A model generated the notes under the pieces. It had not been told where the DNA came from and ran no database searches. It saw only the letters and a list, made by a program, of their open reading frames with translations. Positions 36,940-45,481 of a stretch of DNA of 64,000 nucleotides are shown one piece after another; positions within the stretch are counted from its first letter, which is position 1, and every line of letters begins with the position of its first letter. This DNA is from a virus (taxonomy: Duplodnaviria; Caudoviricetes). Location: positions 13,946 to 77,945 of IMG/VR virus record IMGVR_UViG_3300033069_001711, one strand, 5' to 3'. The translations under genes and the position numbers were made by a program.

Positions 36940-37364
36940 CATCCCTCTCAGTCGTCTTTACGTTACTGTTGGCATTTCAACTCAAGCATTTTTTAGCTGA
37001 CTATCCATTACAACGTCGCTACATGCTTGGCAAATTTAAAGACGATTGGGGCTTTTTCTTGCCTTTACTGGCACATGCAGCAGTGCACGCTCTTGGCACA
37101 TTCCTAATTACGTGTTGGTTTGTTGGCCTAGGTAAAGCTCTCTTTTTAGCTGTTTTTGATGCCGTGATTCACTTCATCATGGATCGCATCAAAGCTTCAA
37201 AAAAATACTTGGGACGCTTCAAACCACTTACTGCAGCGGATGCCGCAATTGCAACTCCTACGCAATGGAAGCATAATGATTACTTTTGGTGGTCTCTTGG
37301 GATTGACCAGCTGGTTCATCATCTCACGCACTATGCTATCATTTGGGTGATCATCTCACAATGA
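36936..37364 (+). CDS. DUF3307-type membrane protein
   Basis: KHFLADYPLQ, HAAVH, HFIMDRIK and GIDQLVHHLTH His-rich transmembrane motifs. Confidence 0.85.
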   Translation: MTSLSVVFTLLLAFQLKHFLADYPLQRRYMLGKFKDDWGFFLPLLAHAAVHALGTFLITCWFVGLGKALFLAVFDAVIHFIMDRIKASKKYLGRFKPLTAADAAIATPTQWKHNDYFWWSLGIDQLVHHLTHYAIIWVIISQ

Positions 37365-37975
37365 CAGAAAATCGTGTTAGTTTTTTCAATCGGCTCGAAC
37401 CATTCTTGGCGCCCAGTGTTCTACTGGATGTTCAACATGCGTATACTCTGGCAAAATATGGACACAGAGCACAGGTCAGAAAAGAATTAGATTCAGCCGG
37501 AGAACCTCTTCGTTATTTTGAACACGTGAGACGAGTGGCTATTGTTCTAATAGACGAAGTCAAGATCATCAGATCAGAAATGATTGTCTGCGCTCTCATG
37601 CACGATATCATCGAAGACGCCCCCAATCTCCCACCAGCGCTAATTGAACATTGTTTTGGTACTGACGTTGTCTGTATCATCAAAACATTGAGTAAGGCAC
37701 CAAAAGAAGGTTACCTTGAACGTTTCAACATGTGTACTGATTGGCGTCCATATGTTATCAAAGCATGTGATCGCTTAGATAATCTTAGATCATTGTCTAA
37801 CTCTAGTCGTGATTTTCGCTTAAAGCAAATTCGTGAAACACGTGACAATTATCTGCCGTTGTTTGATCGAATGTTGTCATTGACACCGAGCGAATTCAAA
37901 GAACAAGTGATGTGTTTACGTGATGCTATTAGGCGTCAGACAGCCCTGCTTGAAGCACAAAATCCTCCGATTTGA
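37361..37975 (+). CDS. HD-domain (p)ppGpp hydrolase-like protein (small alarmone hydrolase / Mesh1-like)
   Basis: HRAQVRK...RYFEHVRRVA, ALMHDIIED and KACDRLDNLRSL; no synthetase domain. Confidence 0.85.
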   Translation: MTENRVSFFNRLEPFLAPSVLLDVQHAYTLAKYGHRAQVRKELDSAGEPLRYFEHVRRVAIVLIDEVKIIRSEMIVCALMHDIIEDAPNLPPALIEHCFGTDVVCIIKTLSKAPKEGYLERFNMCTDWRPYVIKACDRLDNLRSLSNSSRDFRLKQIRETRDNYLPLFDRMLSLTPSEFKEQVMCLRDAIRRQTALLEAQNPPI

Positions 37976-37987
37976 CTTAAGATTCAT

Positions 37988-38061
37988 GCTCTCGTAGCCT
38001 AGCGGTTTAGGCGACCGGCTTTCAATCCGAGTAAAGGTGGGTTCAACTCCCACCGAGAGCG
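37988..38061 (+). tRNA. tRNA-Glu(TTC), irregular anticodon stem, no encoded CCA
   Basis: Perfect acceptor stem GCTCTCG/CGAGAGC, D stem GCCT/AGGC, loop CTTTCAA, T arm GTGGG-TTCAACT-CCCAC and discriminator G. Confidence 0.75.
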
Positions 38062-38071
38062 CAATAGAAAT

Positions 38072-38290
38072 ATGGAACAAGACGATTACACAATTGAACT
38101 CATCAATAAATGGACTGCCACCGGTCACCTGATCAATGTCAAAGAACAAGAACAGACTTTAGTTGCTCAAAGACTTGAAGCCGCTTATCGTCGAACATTG
38201 GGACAAAAAGGTGATTCTGGGGCTTTCGAAAGAGAGTTGCAATCGTTACGCCGCGAGGGTTTCTTTGGCAAATCAGTGAACTCGAGGTAA
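38072..38290 (+). CDS. small protein resembling the N-terminal (prodomain) segment of gp23-type major capsid proteins
   Basis: ELINKWTATGHLINVKEQEQTLVAQRLEA compared with the recalled T4 gp23 N-terminus ELLNKWKPLLEGEGLPEIANSKQAIIAKIFEN. Confidence 0.55.
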   Translation: MEQDDYTIELINKWTATGHLINVKEQEQTLVAQRLEAAYRRTLGQKGDSGAFERELQSLRREGFFGKSVNSR

Positions 38291-38310
38291 TAAAGCCATA
38301 AGATCTGCAA

Positions 38311-39174
38311 ATGTCAGATCGGAAGCAGATTGAAGAACAACACCTTAAAGGCCAAGCAGATCTCGTAGAAAAACCAAAATACGAAAACTTGCCTACAGGA
38401 AAACCTCATGTCTCTTTTTCAGAGATGGGTGACTGGAATAGTTGTTCGTATCGACATAAACTAAAATACGTTGCCAAAATTGATCTAGGGAAACCTGGTC
38501 CTCTTATGGATTTTGGAACAGCGGTTCATGCTTCTTGCGAGGATTTTCTTAGAACTCGTGTGATGAAACCTGAAATTGCCGAAGCGATGATTCGGAAAGT
38601 TTGGGAAAAGAACAAAGAGATTCAAGGATTTGAACCTAGTTCAGTCGAGCGTTACATCAAAGAAGCTCAAGAAATTTTAGCTGACGTTCCTGCTTGGGTT
38701 GATGAAACTTTTCCTGAATGGGAATTTGTTGATGCAGAACATTACCTTTATGAGCAAATTGGTGATAAACCACATGCTTTCAAGGGATTTATCGACGGTA
38801 TCATCAAGTGCAAAGGCCCTCGCAACAAGACTCTAATCTGGTTGCTCGACTGGAAGACTACGGGATGGGGTTGGACTTCAGAAAAGAAGGGCGATCCAAA
38901 TGTCACAGCCCAACTTGTTCTTTACAAGAACTTTTGGTCGATCAAGACTGGCACTGATCCTAAAGACATCAGGTGTGGATTCATCTTGTTGAAACGCAGC
39001 GCCAAAAAAGACAAACACTGTGAATTAGTGACGACTTCAGTGGGTGAAGTGACTACAGCAAGATCACTCAAGGTCATCAATAACATGCTGGCTAGCGTGA
39101 AAAAAGGTATTGCGATCAAAAACAGAGCCAACTGTACGTGGTGTGATTATTACAACACTCCACATTGCACTTGA
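38311..39174 (+). CDS. PD-(D/E)XK nuclease, RecB/Cas4-like, with split 4-Cys cluster
   Basis: HVSFSE...CSYRH, FGTAVH, KGFIDGII, LDWKT, QLVLY and C-terminal CTWCDYYNTPHC. Confidence 0.88.
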   Translation: MSDRKQIEEQHLKGQADLVEKPKYENLPTGKPHVSFSEMGDWNSCSYRHKLKYVAKIDLGKPGPLMDFGTAVHASCEDFLRTRVMKPEIAEAMIRKVWEKNKEIQGFEPSSVERYIKEAQEILADVPAWVDETFPEWEFVDAEHYLYEQIGDKPHAFKGFIDGIIKCKGPRNKTLIWLLDWKTTGWGWTSEKKGDPNVTAQLVLYKNFWSIKTGTDPKDIRCGFILLKRSAKKDKHCELVTTSVGEVTTARSLKVINNMLASVKKGIAIKNRANCTWCDYYNTPHCT

Positions 39175-39189
39175 TCGCTACCTAATAAC

Positions 39190-39912
39190 ATGACATCACC
39201 CCAGTTTTTGATCTGTACGATGTGGTGTGGCGAGTTGGATTATCCTCATCATATTGAATCACTTGTCAATCAACCCGGGGTAATCATAGAACATCGTGTT
39301 TTTAAAGACATGGTCGAAGTGGATGGTCACAACGCAGTTTATCAGGCGTTCAACGCGGCGCCACCCGACGTAATTCGTGCTAAAATTGATGCTGATGTTG
39401 TCTTACACACAAATGTGCTGGCATCTATCGCTCAAATGGTTCATGCCAACACATGGTTGGACCCTCAGACCCACGATTACTTCACAGATAATGCATTGTT
39501 TGCCGGGGTAGCATTCTATGGCCCCACAGTGCGATTTAAACATCAGTCACTGACGTTGAAATGTGACCGCAACGTGGCTCAATACGGTGATCATAAAACA
39601 ATGGGAGTGATCGGTACTCATGCTCATCACGCTGATGAATGGACAGGATTTCGTTATGGTTTTCACAGAGGACTAAAGAGTCAATTACCTGTGTTTGACA
39701 TGATGAGTGCGGCGCACCGTAAAAATCAGGACGTTGTTAGGTTAGCTGCCATTCGTGGATTTGAATTAGCCCAAAGCGACATGTATATTGACTATCACGT
39801 CAAAGGCTCTGAGCCCCCGATGGATCACAATTACAGCAATCCAAAATTGCGTGAACTGTACGATCTTTATCACGTTCAAGAGAAAAAGATCCCATCTAGA
39901 ACTTGGCGTTAA
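39190..39912 (+). CDS. divergent GT-A-like protein, paralog of 28754..29482
   Basis: RAKIDADVVL, HDYFTD, CDRNV and HAHHADEWTGFRYGFHRGLK. Confidence 0.6.
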   Translation: MTSPQFLICTMWCGELDYPHHIESLVNQPGVIIEHRVFKDMVEVDGHNAVYQAFNAAPPDVIRAKIDADVVLHTNVLASIAQMVHANTWLDPQTHDYFTDNALFAGVAFYGPTVRFKHQSLTLKCDRNVAQYGDHKTMGVIGTHAHHADEWTGFRYGFHRGLKSQLPVFDMMSAAHRKNQDVVRLAAIRGFELAQSDMYIDYHVKGSEPPMDHNYSNPKLRELYDLYHVQEKKIPSRTWR

Positions 39913-39919
39913 TTACGTC

Positions 39920-40495
39920 TCAACGAATTGCTAGAGCACAATATCTGCCAAATTTGTCCAAACTAGCTTCTTTGACGTCAAGCGTGATCATTTTTTGTTC
40001 ATCAACAATCTTTTCGATTTTTTCAGCTAAGGCTAATTTGTGCATATCGTCAATGATGATAGCACCGCCATAGGTTAAAAAATCAAACGCTAACGTACAA
40101 TTGTCGTAGCGTACGTCCATACGACCCAGATCGTATAGAACAAAGTCAAATTTTTGAGGTAATTCTACTAAGAATTCTTCCCATAATTTGAACCCAGATA
40201 ACGTACCGCAGAATTTCTGCGTTAACGCTAAATACTCCGCGTCTGTGTCTATAGACGTCACTGGAATTGATCGATCTTGGGCCCACGTTCGAAAAACGTA
40301 CGAACTATAACCAGATCCTAAATCTAAGATGTTTGTAGGTTTTAGAAGATCACACATCACCCAGATTAGAGCTGCGCACTCAAGAGATATTGCCATGCCT
40401 TCAGCACCACTGTGCGTGTTGATGTAAAGTTCATATGACTGCTTGAGATGCTCTCTTGCAATGGCTAATCGTCTTGCGTCATTTCTGAAGTGCAC
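39920..40495 (-). CDS. class I SAM-dependent methyltransferase (Methyltransf_24-like)
   Basis: ILDLGSGYSS, VTSIDTD, FDFVLYD and GGAIIIDDMH. Confidence 0.82.
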   Translation of the reverse strand: MHFRNDARRLAIAREHLKQSYELYINTHSGAEGMAISLECAALIWVMCDLLKPTNILDLGSGYSSYVFRTWAQDRSIPVTSIDTDAEYLALTQKFCGTLSGFKLWEEFLVELPQKFDFVLYDLGRMDVRYDNCTLAFDFLTYGGAIIIDDMHKLALAEKIEKIVDEQKMITLDVKEASLDKFGRYCALAIR

Positions 40496-40593
40496 AGATT
40501 AAATAGGCCAGGAACACCGCCGCAGTTACAACTGATGTCCGCCTGAGTTCCTACACTTTACAGATTCAACGAACGGATTACCATCTAAATCAG

Positions 40594-41514
40594 ATGTTCG
40601 TTCGTGTCTGTGAATGTTGCAAACAAACCTTTGAAGCTAAAGTCGCTAACAAGCGATTCTGCAAACCAGAATGTTTTGCACAGCATCGCAAAGCTTACGG
40701 CATCAAAAATATCGAATCACGTAAAGTGGAACGCGTCTGTCGCCAATGTCGAAAGGCCTACAGACGCGTCTATGCAAAATCAGGGTTCTGTTCCATTTCT
40801 TGCGGTTCTAAATGGAACATGGAACATGGTGTGTTTGATGCATGGAAAACATCACAATTAGGCAAACGCTCAGGCAAATACGTTCCGTGCAATGAATGTA
40901 GCAAGGCGCTCTACACGGTAGAACATCAATTCAAACAAGAATTGCATTTCTGCGATCGAAAATGTAAGGGACGTTACGACTCCAAGCAATACGCCGGCGT
41001 TGGCAATCCGATGTTTGGACGCATGCTTAGCGATCGGTCACTAGAAAAACAAAAACGTACGCTGCTACAAAATCACGGTGTGACAAATGCTTTTTTCTTG
41101 AGCAAGCATCGGACGATATCGAAAGCGCAACGGGAAATTCTCGATCACCTATCAAGTAGTCTACCATCTGCAGCATTTGAGGGTGAAAAGCTGTTCCATA
41201 GTGGAACTCACAAGTACTTCATCGATATCTTCAGCGAAAAAGCAAAGATGGTCATCGAGTACAATGGTGATTATTGGCATTGCAATCCATCCCAATTTAG
41301 CGGTTCTTTTTTTCATCCTAGAAAACATAAACATGCAGAACAAATTTGGGCTGAAGATGCAGAACGAATGAGAGTGATGCAACAAAAAGGTTACCACACC
41401 GTCACAGTGTGGGAGAGTGAGTACTGTTCTGACAAACAGAATGTGCTTGATAAGTTGATAGAAACCGCGAAACAGTTGTCAAACAAGGTGAAAAAAGGTA
41501 GCGCAAGTGGTTGA
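40594..41514 (+). mobile_element. putative homing endonuclease: three treble-clef Zn-finger repeats, NUMOD3-like motif and Vsr/DUF559-like nuclease
   Basis: CECC...FCKPEC, CRQC...FCSISC, CNEC...FCDRKC; GVGNPMFGR; HGVTN; IDIFSEKAKMVIEYNGDYWHCNP...VWE. Confidence 0.8.
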
Positions 41515-42751
41515 AAAGAAAAAGATTTTGATGTTAAGTGATCACCCGTTATCTACGTCAGGTGTCGGTACACAAGCGCGTTGGTTAGCACAAGGATTGA
41601 TCAATACGGGCAAGTGGACGTTTAGATGTTTTGGCGGTGCTGTACGTCACGAAAACTATGACACAGTCAAAGTCAACGATGACATGATCATTAAGCCAAC
41701 TAATGGATTTGGTGACAAAAATCTGTTGAGATTGACGTTAGCGGCAGAAAAGCCTGACGTTCTTTTATTGTTCACAGATCCTAGATTTTTTCTGTGGGCG
41801 TGGGAGATGGAAGATGAAATTCATCAGGTTTGTCCGATTGCATACAACCACTTATGGGACAATCCCCCGTGGCCAGAGTTCAATCGAATTCTATATGAAT
41901 CAACAGATTTAGTGAACTGCATCAACTACCCAACTTATGATATGGTTCATCAACGTTTTCCTGAGAAGACGAATTACATTCCACATGCGGTGCCGAACAA
42001 CATCTTTTTTCCGCTACCAGAAGATGACAAGGTACGTTTGAAAAACATGATCTTAGGAAAGGATCGAGCAGATCACTTCACGGTCTTGTTTGTTAGCAGG
42101 AACGCTAGGCGAAAGATGCCTAGCGACGTCATCATCTCCTTTAAACAATTTCTAGTCGAGCTAGAGAAAAAACATGGTCACCGTAAAGCAACGTTGGTGA
42201 TGCACACCGACCCGCTCGATCCAGAGGGTCCCAATTTGCACCATGTCATTGACATGCTTCATCTCAAAGAACATGTTGTTTTTTCAAAGGATCGCATTGG
42301 ATTTCCGGAAATGAACTCCCTTTACAATATTTGCGACACCATCGTTAATCGATCTTGTAATGAAGGATTTGGTCTTCCTACGTTGGAGATGATGATGTGT
42401 GCAAAGCCTATCATTGCACTCAAAACAGGCGGCTTGACTCGACAAGTCGAAGACTTTGAAACAAAGGAGCAATATGGAATTGCTCTAGAGCCCGAAGTTA
42501 GATCGATGGTTGGTAACCAAATGGTTCCGTACATCTATGAAGATTTTGTTTCACATGAAACAGTGGCAAAAGCATTCATGAAAATGTTTGAAGAAGGTCC
42601 TGATGGGCGAGCAAAATTAGGTGCTAAAGCCCGAGCGCATGCCATCAAAGATTACAGTGTTGACAAAATGATTTCAGAATGGGATCGAACTCTTACTGAT
42701 CTGACCAATACGTGGAAAAATGACAATCGTTGGGAGGCGATTGAAATCTGA
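41507..42751 (+). CDS. glycosyltransferase family 4 (GT-B)
   Basis: LSDHPLSTSGVGTQ, YIPHAVP, VSRNARRK and NEGFGLPTLEMMMC. Confidence 0.92.
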   Translation: MVEKKKILMLSDHPLSTSGVGTQARWLAQGLINTGKWTFRCFGGAVRHENYDTVKVNDDMIIKPTNGFGDKNLLRLTLAAEKPDVLLLFTDPRFFLWAWEMEDEIHQVCPIAYNHLWDNPPWPEFNRILYESTDLVNCINYPTYDMVHQRFPEKTNYIPHAVPNNIFFPLPEDDKVRLKNMILGKDRADHFTVLFVSRNARRKMPSDVIISFKQFLVELEKKHGHRKATLVMHTDPLDPEGPNLHHVIDMLHLKEHVVFSKDRIGFPEMNSLYNICDTIVNRSCNEGFGLPTLEMMMCAKPIIALKTGGLTRQVEDFETKEQYGIALEPEVRSMVGNQMVPYIYEDFVSHETVAKAFMKMFEEGPDGRAKLGAKARAHAIKDYSVDKMISEWDRTLTDLTNTWKNDNRWEAIEI

Positions 42752-43911
42752 TGAAAACAGTTCTCTTTCGAAGCCCTGTATTGACACAATCTGGGTATGG
42801 TGTTCATGCTCGCCAAATTGCTCGATGGTTGCTCAAACGACCTGATTTTGATGTGAAATTTGCTACATTGAACTGGGGCGATACGCCGTGGTTCATCAAT
42901 GGTGAATCTCATGATGGATTTGTTGGCGAAGTTATGAAAAGATCTGTCAAGCCTGATTTCAAGGCTGACATTTCATTTCAATTGCAACTTCCCAACGAAT
43001 GGGATCCTAGTGTTGCACCCATCAACATCGGCATCACGGCAGGGGTTGAAACCGATCGATGCAACCCAGATTGGGTGACCGCATGCAATCAAATGACAGC
43101 CGTGGTAGTTCCTTCACAGCACACTAAGTCTGTTCTTACAAGCTCAGGCAACGTACTTAAACCATTGTTCGTCATTCCTGAAGCGTACTGCGATTCAATT
43201 AGGAATCAAGAATTACCGACACTTCCTACATTTTCCACACCTTTCAACTTCTTGTTGTTTGGACAATTGACGGGAAATAATGCAGAAAGCGACAGAAAGA
43301 ACATTTTTTACTCAATCAAGTGGCTGACTGAGGTTTTCAAAAATGATCCTGACGTAGGAATCGTCATCAAGACAAATGCTGGCAGGTGTAGCAAACTTGA
43401 CAGAATGATGACCAAAAATTTGTTGACTAACGTTGTCAATGAAGCCCGACGTGACGGAAAAGGACCAAAACTTCACTTGCTTCACGGTGACATGTCAGAG
43501 CCTGAAGTTGCATCCCTCTATAAACACCCACAAATCAAAGCCTTAGTTGCCTTAACGCGTGGAGAAGGTTACGGTTTACCGATTCTCGAAGCTGCAGCCT
43601 CAGGTTTACCGGTAGTGGCCACTGACTGGTCTGGGCATTTAGACTTTCTAAACTTGGGCAAATTCATCAGTGTCTATTACCAACTCACCGACGTCCATCC
43701 GTCCAGGATTGATGGAAAGATCTTCATGCCTGGTGCACGATGGGCAAATCCATCAGAGTCAGATTTCAAAAAACGAATTATGAAATTCAGACAAAGTCAC
43801 ACCATTCCTGGTGAGTGGGCTTCAGAATTGAAAAACGTAATTCTTGAAAAATACAGTCTCGATAACGTGTCGAAAATGTATGATGAAATTCTCAAGGAGT
43901 TCATCGGATGA
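42751..43911 (+). CDS. glycosyltransferase family 4 (GT-B)
   Basis: SGYGVHARQI, VPSQH, DRKNI and TRGEGYGLPILEAAASGLPVVATDWSGHLDFL. Confidence 0.92.
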   Translation: MKTVLFRSPVLTQSGYGVHARQIARWLLKRPDFDVKFATLNWGDTPWFINGESHDGFVGEVMKRSVKPDFKADISFQLQLPNEWDPSVAPINIGITAGVETDRCNPDWVTACNQMTAVVVPSQHTKSVLTSSGNVLKPLFVIPEAYCDSIRNQELPTLPTFSTPFNFLLFGQLTGNNAESDRKNIFYSIKWLTEVFKNDPDVGIVIKTNAGRCSKLDRMMTKNLLTNVVNEARRDGKGPKLHLLHGDMSEPEVASLYKHPQIKALVALTRGEGYGLPILEAAASGLPVVATDWSGHLDFLNLGKFISVYYQLTDVHPSRIDGKIFMPGARWANPSESDFKKRIMKFRQSHTIPGEWASELKNVILEKYSLDNVSKMYDEILKEFIG

Positions 43912-44219
43912 TTTGGATTTTGATTGCGTTGTTAGTTATTTTTTTGATCGTATCGACGTACGTTAACTACATCGTTATCAAACAGAATTTGCTTCTAGAA
44001 GATCAACGTGAATCGTTAGTCGATCAAATTGAAGAGTCACTTGAAATTTTTGATGTGTGTTATGACCGCGCATGTACTCATGCTGAAATTCCTGTTCTTA
44101 GCGATGAACCCATGATCAAGGAAGTCGTCAGTAATTTGCAACTAGTACGTAATGCGATTTTAGCAATCGCTAGCAAGGTTGTCACATACGGGGCCGACGA
44201 AGACGAAGACGGTAATTGA
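43908..44219 (+). CDS. small protein with N-terminal transmembrane helix and coiled coil
   Basis: MIWILIALLVIFLIVSTYVNYIVI followed by a charged helix. Confidence 0.75.
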   Translation: MIWILIALLVIFLIVSTYVNYIVIKQNLLLEDQRESLVDQIEESLEIFDVCYDRACTHAEIPVLSDEPMIKEVVSNLQLVRNAILAIASKVVTYGADEDEDGN

Positions 44220-44222
44220 ATC

Positions 44223-45041
44223 ATGTTTAAAAGAAAGAAATTAGTAGATCCAAATGCTCCTACAAAGGCTTCGGCGGCTGGTAAAATGCCACCGACGCCT
44301 GTTGTTCTTCCTGAAAAAATTCTGACGCCAGAAGAAAAAGCAAAAGCAAAAGAAGATCGAAAATACTTCAACGCTAACACACAAGCAGCTATTGTAGCAT
44401 ATCAAAATGCTAAAGATAATCGCAAAGAACGTGAACAATTGTATGTCAAGGGAATTTTGCCAGCTTTTGAAAAGCTAACCGAAAATCTCATCAACATTCA
44501 TAAGTTTACTAGCTTGCATGACACATATGATGATTTGAAGAATGATTGCGTCAATTTTTTGTTTGAGACAATTGGTAAATTCGATGGCAATCGTGGCACC
44601 AACGCATTCTCATATTTCAATGTGGTAGCCAAAAATTGGCTCATTATCAGAACTAAACAGAAGACGCAACGCATGCGTAGAACTGTTAGCTTAGATGATC
44701 AAGACGCTTTGAATGCAAACGAACTCAGAATCATCGAAGAACACAGTGTAGTTCCAGGTCAAGATACTGTGTTAGAAAATGAAGCTGCGACCCGCGGACA
44801 TATTGAAATGCTCTATGAGATTCGCAATAAAGTCAAAACAGAGAATGAACTAGCTTGCATCAACAGCATTATCACCATCTTTGAAAATGTGGATGAAATT
44901 GATCTCTTGAACAAGAGCGCCATTCTTCTGTATATGCGTGAATTATCAGGATTGAGTCCTAAACAACTTACGACGACGATGCAACAAGTCAAGCGTCATT
45001 ATCGAAGAATGAAAATTGAACCTAAATTCAAGCTATTCTGA
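44223..45041 (+). CDS. phage sigma factor (T4 gp55-like / sigma70 region 2)
   Basis: YFNANTQAAI...KLTENLIN...DDLKNDCVNFLFETIGKFDGNRGTNAFSYFNVVAKNWLI corresponds to sigma region 2 (D.I.E....L...I.KFD..KG.KAFSYF). Confidence 0.8.
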   Translation: MFKRKKLVDPNAPTKASAAGKMPPTPVVLPEKILTPEEKAKAKEDRKYFNANTQAAIVAYQNAKDNRKEREQLYVKGILPAFEKLTENLINIHKFTSLHDTYDDLKNDCVNFLFETIGKFDGNRGTNAFSYFNVVAKNWLIIRTKQKTQRMRRTVSLDDQDALNANELRIIEEHSVVPGQDTVLENEAATRGHIEMLYEIRNKVKTENELACINSIITIFENVDEIDLLNKSAILLYMRELSGLSPKQLTTTMQQVKRHYRRMKIEPKFKLF

Positions 45042-45061
45042 ACAGAAAGTCACAAAAGTCT

Positions 45062-45442
45062 ATGTCTGATGAAAAAGACGAAATTGGATTAGTCGAAGTC
45101 AGTGAACGTAATCTTGAAGAGAAAATTCGTGATTTCAGTGACTTGTTAGGTGACATTGAAAACCTTGATGACAAGGTCAAACATCTCTGTAAAGAGATCT
45201 ATGAAAATGCAATTGCAGATCGTCAAAACTCATATGTGATGTTCACCAAACTCGCAAGAATGGTAAGTGACAAAAGCACTGAATTTGCAGTTCATGGTAA
45301 GAGCATACGTGACTTCATTGAACGCATGCAAAAAGCCAATGATCAATTAAGTCGATTGCTAGAGTTGATCATTAAGGTGAAACACAGTAATGAAGTCATT
45401 GATCCTGAATCAATGTTTGATCAAATTAAAAAAGGTCGTTGA
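45062..45442 (+). CDS. hypothetical coiled-coil protein
   Basis: 126-aa helical ORF directly after the sigma gene. Confidence 0.75.
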   Translation: MSDEKDEIGLVEVSERNLEEKIRDFSDLLGDIENLDDKVKHLCKEIYENAIADRQNSYVMFTKLARMVSDKSTEFAVHGKSIRDFIERMQKANDQLSRLLELIIKVKHSNEVIDPESMFDQIKKGR

Positions 45443-45481
45443 ATCATCAATGATTAGTACGTAAGACTTCGAGGACTTAAC

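Noticed and set aside
40506-40560. Possible intron or ncRNA structure upstream of the Zn-finger endonuclease (AGGAAC...CAGTTACAACTG...GTTCCT)
   Set aside because: Only short stems are present, there are no recognisable group I/II core elements and no gene is split; insufficient evidence.
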